64,000 nucleotides of DNA, from positions 3,701-67,700 of the forward strand of contig JBAXYB010000002.1 of the NCBI GenBank assembly GCA_037127585.1. The letters are read 5' to 3'. This document shows positions 22,155 through 31,745 of the stretch, in pieces. The translations under genes were made by a program, and so were the position numbers. This DNA is from Verrucomicrobiota bacterium (GTDB lineage: Bacteria; Verrucomicrobiota; Verrucomicrobiia; Palsa-1439). A model generated the notes under the pieces. The model was not told the DNA's origin, ran no database searches, and was given only the letters and a program-made list of their open reading frames with translations. Position 1 is the stretch's first letter; each line of letters begins with the position of its first letter.

Positions 22155-22158
22155 CCGG

Positions 22159-22680
22159 TCACTTCCGCCAGAACGTGTCTTTCTGCCCGGCTTTATAATT
22201 CACCCACCGCGCCAACACGAACAGCGCATCACTGAGTCGGTTCAGATACGGAACAGCGAGACCGTCCGGCTTGAGTCGCACACAAAACCGCTCCGCGCGC
22301 CGGCAAACCGTCCGCGCCACGTGAAGTTGAGCCGCCGCCGGTGTTCCGCCCGGTAAGATGAATTCCCGGAGCGGACCAAGCTTGGCGTTGCACGCGTCCA
22401 TTAATTTCTCCAACGCGTCAATCTGCGATTGCCGGACCATGCCCGGCGCGCCGGCCAGTTCAGCCCCGAGATCAAAGAGATCATTTTGGATTCCGGCGAG
22501 GATGGCGTCGGTCTTCTTGTCGAGCTTACCGGCCCGGGCGACGCCAATAACGGAATTCAATTCATCAACCGTCCCGTACGCCCAGAGGCGCGGCGAATCC
22601 TTGCTGACGCGTTCGCCGTCGACCAAACCGGTATCCCCGGCGTCACCGGTGCGCGTATAGATTTTTGTGAGGCGTGGCAT
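22159..22680 (-). CDS. cob(I)yrinic acid a,c-diamide / cob(I)alamin adenosyltransferase, PduO type
   Basis: 173 aa. MPRLTKIYTRTGDAGDTGL is the classic PduO-type signature. Confidence 0.85.
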   Translation of the reverse strand: MPRLTKIYTRTGDAGDTGLVDGERVSKDSPRLWAYGTVDELNSVIGVARAGKLDKKTDAILAGIQNDLFDLGAELAGAPGMVRQSQIDALEKLMDACNAKLGPLREFILPGGTPAAAQLHVARTVCRRAERFCVRLKPDGLAVPYLNRLSDALFVLARWVNYKAGQKDTFWRK

Positions 22681-23031
22681 TTAGCACTTCTGAAACTTAG
22701 CCGGGATCAGGCACATGAACTTAAACGGCTTCTCCCCGGTATTCTTGAACTGATGCTTTTCGTCTGACGGAATGTAGAGAATGTCACCGGCCTGCAGCGC
22801 AACTTCCTGCCCCTCGCGCCAGACGGTGCCCACGCCTTCGGTGATATAAATTTCGTGCTCGTACGGGTGGTTGTGCAGCGGCGTATTCCCACCGGGGGCA
22901 ACGTCAAAAAACCGCATCGCCATGCTGGGCGCGCCATCGCGGGCGGTGATCGCGACTTGATAATGACAATCCTTCACGCCGTCCATCTCCACCCGCTCCG
23001 CCGGTATGTCTTTGAGGCTCGTGATTTTCAT
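22681..23031 (-). CDS. cupin-domain protein
   Basis: 116 aa. The two-His cupin motif (PLHNHPYEHEIYITEG ... DILYIPSDEKH). Confidence 0.75.
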   Translation of the reverse strand: MKITSLKDIPAERVEMDGVKDCHYQVAITARDGAPSMAMRFFDVAPGGNTPLHNHPYEHEIYITEGVGTVWREGQEVALQAGDILYIPSDEKHQFKNTGEKPFKFMCLIPAKFQKC

Positions 23032-23046
23032 TTTGATTCCCCTGGC

Positions 23047-25221
23047 TTAGTACGGGAGGGGGAACCGGCCTGTCAGCGCTTTGACCTTGTCTTTCACCCG
23101 AGCTTGCACGGTCGTGTCAGCGGGGGCGAGGAGGACTTCGTCAATCAACGCGGCAATTTGTGTCATCTCGCCCACTTGCATCCCACGGGTCGTCATCGCG
23201 GGGGTGCCGATGCGGATGCCGCTGGTGACCGCGGGTTTTTCCGGGTCGAATGGGATCATGTTTTTGTTCACGGTGATGCCGGCGTGATCGAGGGCTTCTT
23301 GCGCGATCTTGCCGGTGAGTTTCTTCGGGCGCAGATCGACGAGCATCAGGTGATTATCGGTGCCGCCGCTGACGATCCGGTAGCCTTTTCCGGTCAGGGC
23401 CGCGGCGAGGGCCTGGGCATTCTTGACGACTTGCTGTTGGTAGGTCTTGAACTCCGGTTGCAGGGCTTCTTTGAAGCAAATGGCTTTGGCGGCAATGACG
23501 TGTTCGAGGGGGCCGCCTTGGATGCCGGGGAAGATTTGGGAGTTCACTGTTTTGGCGAGTCCTTCTTTGCAGAGTATCAACCCGCCGCGCGGGCCACGGA
23601 GGGTTTTGTGCGTCGTGGTCGTGACGATGTCCGCATACGGGACCGGGCTCGGATGGACTCCGGCCGCGACGAGGCCGGCAATGTGTGCCATGTCCACAAT
23701 CAAGGCTGCGCCGACTTCTTTGGCGATGGCAGCGAACGCGGCGAAATCGAGGATGCGCGGGTAAGCGCTGGCGCCGGCGATAATGATGCGCGGTTTTTCT
23801 GCGCGGGCAAGGCGCGCGAGTTCGTCCATGTCGATGCGTTCGTCCGTGGCGCTCAGGCCGTACGGGACGATGCGGAATAACTTGCCGGAGAAGTTGACCG
23901 GCGAACCGTGCGTCAGATGGCCGCCAAAATTCAGGCTCATCGCGAGAATGGTGTCGCCCGGTTTGGCGACGGCGAAGAACGCGGCCATGTTGGCTTGCGA
24001 ACCGGAGTGCGGCTGGACGTTGGCGTGTTCGGCGCCGAAGAGTTGTTTGGCGCGGTCGATGGCGAGCTGCTCGACGACGTCCACGCATTCACAGCCGCCG
24101 TAGTAACGCTTGCCGGGGTAGCCTTCGGCGTATTTGTTGGTGAGCACCGTGCCGGTGGCTTCGAGGATGGCCGGGGAGACGAAGTTCTCGCTGGCGATCA
24201 GTTCGATGTTGTCCTGCTGGCGTTGTTGCTCGTGCTGGATGGCGCCGAAGATCTCGGGGTCGACTTGCTCGATGGCTGAGGTTTTGTTTTTTAGTGGTGT
24301 GGGTGGGTTGTCCATTTTCTTTACGCGCCGCTCGTGGCGGCCTCCTTCAAATTCGGTTTTGAGCCAGGCTTCGAGTATCAATGTCGCCTTGGCGTCGTTC
24401 ATTTCCAAGGCGGAGAGGACGAGAATGTTGGCGTCGTTGTGTTCGCGGCTCAGTTTCGCCCAGTGCTCGTCGTTGACCAGCGCCGCGCGGGCGCCGATGA
24501 CGCGGTTGGCGGCGATGCTCATGCCGATGCCGCTTTTGCAGATGAGCACGCCGCGGTCGAAGTTGCCGGTGGCCACTTCGCGGGCGACGACGAACGCGTA
24601 ATCGGGATAGTCCACAGCATCCGTCGAGTGGGTGCCGAAATCGGCGAATTGATATCCGTGTTGCACGAGCCAGTCTTTGACGGTTTCTTTCATCGCGACG
24701 CCCCCATGGTCGGCGGCGACGGCCACGCGGGTGACTTGCCGGGGCTTGGGGGATTCGCGGTGCACTTCGGTGCCTTTGATGAATTCCAAAATGCTCGGCA
24801 ACGCCTGCTGGATCTGGTCACGGGTGCGCCGATAGACGTCGAGCGATTGGCCAATCGGATCGGACACGTCTCGGCCAATGACTTCGGCGTCCTCGAATTC
24901 CCGCAGCAGAAAAGTTTTTTCGGCCGCGCTCGGATAAAACGCTTGGATCGTGTCCTGTTGTTGCCGGGTCATCGTAAAGATGAAGTCAGCGGCTTCGACC
25001 AACGGGACACGCAACGACTGGCTGACGTGGCTGGCAATGTCCAACCCGATTTCAGCCATCGCTTGCACGGACTCCGGGCTGGCCAGTTGGCCATCGAGCG
25101 CGCCAATGCCGGCGGACGCGACCCGGTAGTTTGGATTATTACCCAACGCAGCGCGCAACAACCCCTCCGCCATCGGGCTGCGACAGACGTTGCCGGTGCA
25201 GATAAAGAGGATCGTTTTCAT
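23047..25221 (-). CDS. glyA: tri-domain fusion protein: low-molecular-weight protein tyrosine (arginine) phosphatase + ribose-5-phosphate isomerase B + serine hydroxymethyltransferase
   Basis: Single uninterrupted 724-aa ORF. aa 1-~155: LMW-PTP with P-loop CTGNVCRS and DP general-acid motif. aa ~160-~305: RpiB/LacAB ([10 protein letters not shown] ... [15 protein letters not shown]). aa ~310-724: SHMT (IASENF ... [14 protein letters not shown] with the PLP lysine). Domains are joined by short linkers with no intervening stops. Confidence 0.85.
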   Translation of the reverse strand: MKTILFICTGNVCRSPMAEGLLRAALGNNPNYRVASAGIGALDGQLASPESVQAMAEIGLDIASHVSQSLRVPLVEAADFIFTMTRQQQDTIQAFYPSAAEKTFLLREFEDAEVIGRDVSDPIGQSLDVYRRTRDQIQQALPSILEFIKGTEVHRESPKPRQVTRVAVAADHGGVAMKETVKDWLVQHGYQFADFGTHSTDAVDYPDYAFVVAREVATGNFDRGVLICKSGIGMSIAANRVIGARAALVNDEHWAKLSREHNDANILVLSALEMNDAKATLILEAWLKTEFEGGRHERRVKKMDNPPTPLKNKTSAIEQVDPEIFGAIQHEQQRQQDNIELIASENFVSPAILEATGTVLTNKYAEGYPGKRYYGGCECVDVVEQLAIDRAKQLFGAEHANVQPHSGSQANMAAFFAVAKPGDTILAMSLNFGGHLTHGSPVNFSGKLFRIVPYGLSATDERIDMDELARLARAEKPRIIIAGASAYPRILDFAAFAAIAKEVGAALIVDMAHIAGLVAAGVHPSPVPYADIVTTTTHKTLRGPRGGLILCKEGLAKTVNSQIFPGIQGGPLEHVIAAKAICFKEALQPEFKTYQQQVVKNAQALAAALTGKGYRIVSGGTDNHLMLVDLRPKKLTGKIAQEALDHAGITVNKNMIPFDPEKPAVTSGIRIGTPAMTTRGMQVGEMTQIAALIDEVLLAPADTTVQARVKDKVKALTGRFPLPY

Positions 25222-26468
25222 CGCCAGGACAAGAGCACGCGAATGCCTTTCAAAATATCGACCGCCCGCTGCAACACGATGTCGCGGACCGTCTGCAAGT
25301 CGCCATCTTCCTCAGTCGTGCCGAGCGCCAACGCGTTCGTCGCCAGACCGGATTGTCCGCCGAGCTTGAGGGCCGGCGACTCGATGCGGTCGCCGCGAAA
25401 AGCCTTCACCAGTTCCGCCTCGGAATAGCCCTTCTTCTTCACGCGCGCCTGCAAGCTGGCGGTCAGCGTCATGTTCGTTTGCAAATTAAACACCACCTCG
25501 TGCTCGGTCTGCGGATCGATCTTCACCATGATATCGGGAATCAATCCGCCGGGAAAAGTCGCGCCGCCTTTGGGAAACGAAATCTTTGCCGTGGCCAGCC
25601 GGAGCACGCGGCCGTCGGACAGCTTCACATCTTCCCAAGCGACCGGTAAGCCCGAGGTCGGTCCGCCAATCACAATCCCGCGATCCTGAGCGCGTAACGC
25701 GCCGACGAGGACTTCGGCGCTGCCGCGCGTGTCCCCGTTGACCAACAACATCAACGGCGCGTTCGCCAATTCGCTGGCCAACGTCTTGGGCGCCTCGACG
25801 GTGTGAAACACTTGCGGTTCGCCAGTGGATTGCTTCAGTTGGAACACCTCCACGCCCGCCGTCAGAAACCGGCTCGCGACGATGGCCGCCGCGGCATAAT
25901 TCGTTCCGTCAGCAAACCGCAGATCGAGAATGTAGCCGGTCACCTTGGCATCGGCGAATTTCTTAAACTCGGTATCCAACGCCAGCGCTGTCTCCGGCGT
26001 CACGTCGACGAGGCGAATGTAGCCGATGTCCGGCTGAATGGCCTCGACCCGCGCCAGCGGCTCGTGTGTGAGATCGACAGTCGGCGTGACCACAGTGGAA
26101 TTCGAGGCCGCTTCCTCCGCGGTGAGCAACTTCGCCCCCGCCCCGAGCATCTGCAGCAGGCCGGCCACCGAAGCAGCATTCAGCTTCTTCGCATCCAGCG
26201 TCTCGCGGTCAACATAGTGTTGCTTGAGCACGTCGATGAGTTCACCCGCCGGCAAGCCTGGCGTTTCCGCGATCAGTCCGAACCCTTTTGTCGGCACGGG
26301 TGGCTCATCGGTAATCGCACGCGGTTTGCCATCACGACTCTTGAGAACATCCATCGGTCCGATTTTTGCCGGCATCTGCGGTGTCTCAGGAGTCACACTG
26401 GGCTCGTCTCCATGACCGGTAACGGTCAGCAGCAGTGCCAATAGGCTAAGGAAAAGTTTATGTTTCAT
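25218..26468 (-). CDS. S41-family (C-terminal processing / tail-specific-like) peptidase, secreted
   Basis: 416 aa with an N-terminal signal peptide. S41 catalytic-region motif [33 protein letters not shown]. Confidence 0.75.
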   Translation of the reverse strand: MKHKLFLSLLALLLTVTGHGDEPSVTPETPQMPAKIGPMDVLKSRDGKPRAITDEPPVPTKGFGLIAETPGLPAGELIDVLKQHYVDRETLDAKKLNAASVAGLLQMLGAGAKLLTAEEAASNSTVVTPTVDLTHEPLARVEAIQPDIGYIRLVDVTPETALALDTEFKKFADAKVTGYILDLRFADGTNYAAAAIVASRFLTAGVEVFQLKQSTGEPQVFHTVEAPKTLASELANAPLMLLVNGDTRGSAEVLVGALRAQDRGIVIGGPTSGLPVAWEDVKLSDGRVLRLATAKISFPKGGATFPGGLIPDIMVKIDPQTEHEVVFNLQTNMTLTASLQARVKKKGYSEAELVKAFRGDRIESPALKLGGQSGLATNALALGTTEEDGDLQTVRDIVLQRAVDILKGIRVLLSWR

Positions 26469-27697
26469 TTATGTCGTGCCGCGATGTCGCGGCGATAATG
26501 CGCGCCCTCGAAGTGAATCAACTCCACGCCCGCATACGCGCGCTGCACCGCTTCCGTAATGTTCGCGCCGAGGCCGGTCACGCCGAGGACCCGGCCGCCG
26601 TCAGTCACCAACGTGTCGCCAACCTGCTTCGTGCCGGCGTGAAACACGGTGACGTTAGCCAACTTACCGGCCTCTTTCAACCCGTCAATCACTTTCCCGC
26701 GTTCATAGTTACCGGGATAACCGCCGGCCGTCATGACCACGCACGCCGCCGCCCCGGGCTTCCATTTCACCGTAAATTTATCGAGCGTCCCGGCCGCCGT
26801 CGCGAGACAGGCTTCCACGAGATCAAAATCCATCCGCGGCACCACCACTTGCGTCTCCGGGTCGCCGAACCGGCAGTTGAACTCAATGACCTGCGGCCCC
26901 GTCTTCGTCAACATCAGCCCGGCATAGAGCACGCCCCGGTAATCAATGCCGTCGGCTTTCAACCCGGCCAATGTGCGCGCGAAAATATCTGTGGCATCCA
27001 CCGGTATCCCCATCGGCGAATACGCCCCCATCCCCCCGGTATTCAACCCGGTATCATTGTCGCCGACGCGTTTGTGATCTTGGGCCGGCACGAGGATCTT
27101 GAAGTTCTGACCGTCCACCAACGCCATCACGCTGGCTTCTTCGCCGACGAGACAATCTTCGATGACGACCTGCGCGCCGGCATCGCCGAACACGCGTTTC
27201 TCCATGATGTCGGTAATGGCTTGTTCGGCTTCCGCCACGGTCTTGGCAACGATGACGCCTTTGCCGGCGGCGAGACCGTCGGCTTTGACGACAATCGGCG
27301 CACCGTGTTGGCGGACGTAAGCGCGGGCGGCGGCCGGTTGGTCGAAGATGCCGGCGGCGGCGGTTGGGATGCCGTGTTTTAAGAGGAAGCGTTTCGAGAA
27401 AACTTTACTGCCTTCGAGTTGCGCTGCGGCTTGGGTCGGGCCGAAAATCCGGAGTCCGCGAGCGTGAAATGCGTCGGCGATGCCGGCGCAGAGGGGCACT
27501 TCGGGGCCGACGACGGTAAGATCAATTTGGTTTTCGGCAGCGAAGGCGACCGGATCGGTCAGGGTCACGCATTCGGCAAGTTGCGCGATACCGGGGTTAC
27601 CGGGGGCGCAGTATAGTTTTGTGTCGTGCCGGCTTTGGGCCAGCTTCCACACCAAAGCATGTTCGCGGCCGCCGCCGCCAATAACCAAAACCTTCAT
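26465..27697 (-). CDS. purD: phosphoribosylamine--glycine ligase
   Basis: 410 aa. ATP-grasp PurD conserved throughout (MKVLVIGGGGREHAL...). Confidence 0.9.
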   Translation of the reverse strand: MKVLVIGGGGREHALVWKLAQSRHDTKLYCAPGNPGIAQLAECVTLTDPVAFAAENQIDLTVVGPEVPLCAGIADAFHARGLRIFGPTQAAAQLEGSKVFSKRFLLKHGIPTAAAGIFDQPAAARAYVRQHGAPIVVKADGLAAGKGVIVAKTVAEAEQAITDIMEKRVFGDAGAQVVIEDCLVGEEASVMALVDGQNFKILVPAQDHKRVGDNDTGLNTGGMGAYSPMGIPVDATDIFARTLAGLKADGIDYRGVLYAGLMLTKTGPQVIEFNCRFGDPETQVVVPRMDFDLVEACLATAAGTLDKFTVKWKPGAAACVVMTAGGYPGNYERGKVIDGLKEAGKLANVTVFHAGTKQVGDTLVTDGGRVLGVTGLGANITEAVQRAYAGVELIHFEGAHYRRDIAARHK

Positions 27698-27740
27698 AAA
27701 CTCGCGGCGGCACTGTAGGAGAGTGCAGCAACTGGGTCAA

Positions 27741-28466
27741 CTACTTGGTTTTTGGTTTCTCAGCTTGGAGCGTGGTGCCTTTGTCGTTTTCGTCTTTGCC
27801 ACGGAGAACCAGCCGATTGGCCTTCTTGGAGACTTTGCCGATGAAGGCGGCTTGCAAGGTGCTTGTCCCAAAATTACTGATCGTGTAACCGGCGGCGTTG
27901 CGGTCGGTGGTGACGAGCACGGCACCGGACAGCGCGAACGAGCCGTTGTTGTCGATGCCGTTGCCGTTGAGATCGAACCAGCCCGGCACGTTGTTCGTTG
28001 AGGGCGTGAGGGTGAATGTTTCGAGAGTCTTTTTGCCGTCAGATTCGACGGAGGCGGTCCAACTGCCGCTTAGGTCCGGGATAGGGCCGGGGGCGGGCGC
28101 TTTGAATTTCTGCGGGCCATGCGTGGTTTTAACGTGGCCGACAAATCCGCCATTGCCGCGCACGCGGCCTTCAATGATGCCGGCTTGGCTGCCGCCTTCG
28201 ACGAATTCGGTGAAGCCGCCGACGATGTCGCCGTTGGCGTCGTTGTCCCAGGTTCCGGCAATGGTAAACGGGCCGAGCGCATCGAGCGAGATCCCGTAGC
28301 CGGTCGAGGTGAAGTCATTCGCAAAGGTCAGAAAGATCACGCCGCGATCTTGACCGAGAACGGTGATTTGCCACGGGGCGGCGGGTGCCACACCGGCAAT
28401 TGATTGTGCGGTCACCAATAAACTAACCGCGGTCCCCAAAACTAATCCATAAATATATTTACGCAT
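27741..28466 (-). CDS. secreted hypothetical protein
   Basis: 241 aa. N-terminal signal peptide, G/T/N-rich. No recognised domain. Confidence 0.5.
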   Translation of the reverse strand: MRKYIYGLVLGTAVSLLVTAQSIAGVAPAAPWQITVLGQDRGVIFLTFANDFTSTGYGISLDALGPFTIAGTWDNDANGDIVGGFTEFVEGGSQAGIIEGRVRGNGGFVGHVKTTHGPQKFKAPAPGPIPDLSGSWTASVESDGKKTLETFTLTPSTNNVPGWFDLNGNGIDNNGSFALSGAVLVTTDRNAAGYTISNFGTSTLQAAFIGKVSKKANRLVLRGKDENDKGTTLQAEKPKTK

Positions 28467-28532
28467 CTGTTGCTGGCCTCCATTCCAGCGAAGACAGTCG
28501 TAAAAAAGCCGATTTTGGGGGCAATTGCAATC

Positions 28533-28568
28533 TCAAAAACAACAAACCCCGAGCTAGGCCCGGGGTTT
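28533..28568 (-). terminator. intrinsic terminator downstream of nrdJ (AAACCCCG-loop-CGGGGTTT hairpin followed on the minus strand by GTTGTTTTTGAG)
   Basis: Perfect 8-bp GC-rich stem plus a U-tract in the minus-strand transcript, ~25 nt after the nrdJ stop. Confidence 0.55.
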
Positions 28569-28592
28569 GTGTGTTGGGATTGTGCTGGGTGT

Positions 28593-31500
28593 TTAGGAAC
28601 AGCCCATGGAGTTGCCACAGTTCAGGCACTTGTAGCACGCGCCGTTGCGGACGGTGATCGCGCCGCAGGTGTCGCAGGTCGGGGCATCGGTCATGAAGTG
28701 CGCGATGGTTTTGCTCAGGGCTTGGACGCTGGTCAACGGCCGGGCGGCGACTTCGCCGGTCTGTTCCAGATCCTGGACGGGCCGGTTGACGGCTTTTTGC
28801 TCTTGTTCGGCGACTTCTTTGAGTGGCAATTCGGTCTGGCCGGCGTTGGGCGAGTTGGCTTCGCGGTAGCCGGGGATGAACTGGCAAGCCAGCCAACGGA
28901 AGAGGTAGTCGGTGATCGACTTGGCAATCGGAATGTCCGGGTTCTTCGTGAAGCCGGACGGTTCGAACCGTTGGTGGGCGAATTTTTTGACGAGCGTTTC
29001 GAGCGGCACGCCGTATTGAAACGCCATGCTGACGAGGGTGCCGATGGTGTCCATGAGGCCGCCGATGGTCGAGCCTTCTTTGGCCATGGTGATGAACAAC
29101 TCGCCGGGGGTGCCGTCTTCGTAGAGCCCGACGGTGATGTAGCCTTCGTGGCCGGCAATGTCGAATTTGTGCGTGACCGCCTGCCGCGTGTCCGGCAACC
29201 GATGGCGCAGGGGCGCGGCGGCGCGGGTGCGCAGTTCGTTAATTTCGGAATCGAGTTCGAGGATGCGCGATTTGAGTTCGTCCGTTTCCTGAACGGTCGG
29301 GGCGGGCTTGCCGCTGTTGGTCTTGGACGTGTTGAGAGGCTGGGAACGTTTCGAGCCGTCCCGGTAGATCGCAACCGCCTTGAGGCCGAGCTTCCAGCCT
29401 TCAATGTACGTCTGCATGATGTCGTCAACCGTGGCGTCCTGGGGCATGTTGACGGTCTTGGAGATGGCGCCGCTGAGGAACGGTTGCGCCGCGGCCATCA
29501 TCTTGAGGTGCGCCAGATAATGGATGGTGCGTTTGCCTTTGGCGGGTTTGAACGCGCAGTCGAACACCGGCAGGTGTTTGTCTTGCAGATCCGGCGCGCC
29601 TTCGATGGTGTCGTTCGCGTCGACGAACTTCACAATGTCGGTGATCTGGGACTCGCTGTAGCCGAGTTTGCGCAAGGCCATCGGCACGGTCCGGTTGACG
29701 ATTTTCAGCATCCCGCCGCCGGCGAGGAGTTTGTATTTCACGAGCGCGATGTCGGGTTCGACGCCGGTGGTGTCGCAGTCCATCATGAACGCGATCGTGC
29801 CGGTCGGCGCGAGGACGGTGACTTGGGAGTTGCGATAGCCGTACCGGCGACCGAGCTCGACGGCTTCGTCGCCACAACGTTGCGCGGCAGCCCGGAGGTA
29901 GTCGGGGCAGCTCGGGTGAATGCGTTTCACGGAGTCGCGATGTTGTTCCATGACTTGGAGCATCGGCTCGCGGTTCTTCTCGAAGCCTTCAAACGCGCCG
30001 AGCTTCTCGGCGATCCGTGCGGATTGCACGTAGGCTTGGAGGTGGATGATGGCCGTCAACGCGCCGGCAATGGAGCGTCCTTCGTCGCTGTCGTAGGGCA
30101 GACCGAGCGCCATGAGCAGCGAACCGAGGTTCGCGTAGCCGAGACCGAGCGGGCGGAAGAGATGGCTGTTCTGCGCGATGTCATTGGTCGGATAACTCGC
30201 GTTATCGACCATGATTTCCTGGGCGGTAATGAAGATTTCAGCGGCGGCTTTGTAGCGTTCGACATCAAAGGTGCCGTCGTCGCGGAGGAACTTCATCAAA
30301 TTCAGCGAGGCGAGGTTGCACGCGCTGTTGTCGAGGAACATGTACTCGGAGCACGGGTTGCTGGAGTTGATCGGTGCGGTGTTTTTGCAGGTGTGCCAGC
30401 GTTGGATGGTGTCCTCGTACTGGACGCCGGGATCGCCGCAGGTCCACGTGCCTTCGGCGATGCCTTGCATCAACTCGCGGGCTTTGTACGTCGGGCCGGG
30501 CTTGCTGGGGTCGGTGACCCAGTGGGTCGTCCAATCCTTGTCGTCGATGACGGCGCGCATGAACTCGTCGGTCACGCGGACGCTGAGGTTTTCATTTTGG
30601 AACGAGACGGAGCCGTAGGCGTCCCCGTTGAAGTCGCCCGAATAGCCGGCTTCAATCAACGACCACGCTTTCCGCTCTTCCTTCGGCTTGGCTTCGATGA
30701 AGTCCTTGATGTCCGGATGCCAGACTTTCAAGGTGTTCATCTTCGCCGCGCGCCGGGTCTTGCCGCCCGATTTCACCACGCTGGCGATCGAATCGAACAC
30801 GCGCAGGAACGACATCGGCCCGCTCGGCCGGCCGCCGCCGGACAGTTTCTCGCGCCGGCTGCGCAACGTGGAGAGATCGGTGCCGGTGCCGCTGCCATAC
30901 TTGAAGAGCATCGCTTCGGCCCGCGCCAATTCCATGATGTCTTCCATCGTGTCGCCCACCGATTGGATGAAACAGGCTGAGCACTGCGGATACTCGTATT
31001 GCGTGGTGGCCTGTTTGATCTGGTTTGTCTGGCGGTCGAAGCAGAAGTTACCGGGGCCGCTGTTTTTCCCGATGTGATATTCGTGATAGAGACCGCAGTT
31101 GAACCAGACCGGCGAGTTAAACGAGCCGTACTGGTTGACGCACAACCAGGTCAACTCGTCATAGAACGCATCGGCGTCCTTATCGCTGGCGAAATAGCCC
31201 TGCGCGCGACCCCAGTCTGAGACGGTGTTAGTGACGCGGTGGACGAGTTGCCGGACGCTGTGCTCGCGTTCGCTGGTGCCGTTCTCGCCGTAGAAATATT
31301 TTGAGACCACGACCTTCGTCGCGAGAATCGACCAGTTCTTCGGCACTTCGACGTTGTCCTGTTTGAAGATCGTCTTGCCGGCGTCATCGGTAATCTCGGC
31401 TTTGCGGCGTTCCCATTCGAGTTCGTCGAACGGTTTCACGCCGGCCCGACTGAAAACGCGCGGCACAATTAGCCCATTTTTCTTGGCGCTCGGTTTGGAT

Positions 31501-31607
31501 CGTTTACTCGGACTGCTGATGGTGGGAATATCGGCTTCAACTTCTTTACGGCTTAACTTTGTTTTATGCACAGAAAATACTCCTGTGCTCTGCTTCAGAT
31601 TGATCAC
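28593..31607 (-). CDS. nrdJ: class II adenosylcobalamin-dependent ribonucleotide reductase
   Basis: 1004 aa. B12-dependent RNR conserved core plus a C-terminal Cys-rich Zn-ribbon (CDTCGAITVRNGACYKCLNCG). GTG start preceded by AGGAGG at a 5-nt spacing. Confidence 0.9.
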   Translation of the reverse strand: MINLKQSTGVFSVHKTKLSRKEVEADIPTISSPSKRSKPSAKKNGLIVPRVFSRAGVKPFDELEWERRKAEITDDAGKTIFKQDNVEVPKNWSILATKVVVSKYFYGENGTSEREHSVRQLVHRVTNTVSDWGRAQGYFASDKDADAFYDELTWLCVNQYGSFNSPVWFNCGLYHEYHIGKNSGPGNFCFDRQTNQIKQATTQYEYPQCSACFIQSVGDTMEDIMELARAEAMLFKYGSGTGTDLSTLRSRREKLSGGGRPSGPMSFLRVFDSIASVVKSGGKTRRAAKMNTLKVWHPDIKDFIEAKPKEERKAWSLIEAGYSGDFNGDAYGSVSFQNENLSVRVTDEFMRAVIDDKDWTTHWVTDPSKPGPTYKARELMQGIAEGTWTCGDPGVQYEDTIQRWHTCKNTAPINSSNPCSEYMFLDNSACNLASLNLMKFLRDDGTFDVERYKAAAEIFITAQEIMVDNASYPTNDIAQNSHLFRPLGLGYANLGSLLMALGLPYDSDEGRSIAGALTAIIHLQAYVQSARIAEKLGAFEGFEKNREPMLQVMEQHRDSVKRIHPSCPDYLRAAAQRCGDEAVELGRRYGYRNSQVTVLAPTGTIAFMMDCDTTGVEPDIALVKYKLLAGGGMLKIVNRTVPMALRKLGYSESQITDIVKFVDANDTIEGAPDLQDKHLPVFDCAFKPAKGKRTIHYLAHLKMMAAAQPFLSGAISKTVNMPQDATVDDIMQTYIEGWKLGLKAVAIYRDGSKRSQPLNTSKTNSGKPAPTVQETDELKSRILELDSEINELRTRAAAPLRHRLPDTRQAVTHKFDIAGHEGYITVGLYEDGTPGELFITMAKEGSTIGGLMDTIGTLVSMAFQYGVPLETLVKKFAHQRFEPSGFTKNPDIPIAKSITDYLFRWLACQFIPGYREANSPNAGQTELPLKEVAEQEQKAVNRPVQDLEQTGEVAARPLTSVQALSKTIAHFMTDAPTCDTCGAITVRNGACYKCLNCGNSMGCS

Positions 31608-31686
31608 AGCTGCCTCCTAATTCTGCCCCGCGTCGTAATTCTGCAATTTCTGGGAAAGAGGAAACGTGCCCCAAACCCCCTCTAAT

Positions 31687-31723
31687 AGTGACGTGCACCA
31701 CTGTAAGACCCCACATATGGTGT
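31687..31723 (-). promoter_or_regulatory. candidate operator pair in the nrdJ leader: NrdR-box-like ACACCATATGTGGGGT plus imperfect palindrome AGTGGTGCACGTCACT, centres ~21 nt apart
   Basis: Read on the minus strand of the der-nrdJ intergenic region. Matches the NrdR box consensus acaCwAtATaTwGtgt at ~12/16. Confidence 0.25.
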
Positions 31724-31745
31724 TTCAAGAAAAAAGTGTTCCGGA

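Noticed and set aside
28470-30980. 836-aa plus-strand ORF antisense to nrdJ
   Set aside because: This is a typical high-GC antisense artefact. The translation is Gly/Arg/Ala/Val-rich low complexity with no motifs, and the opposite strand encodes a well-conserved RNR.
31608-31745. Possible cobalamin riboswitch upstream of the B12-dependent RNR
   Set aside because: No B12-box-like conserved core was seen in the 138-nt leader. Cobalamin riboswitches normally control B12-independent isozymes or transport rather than nrdJ.
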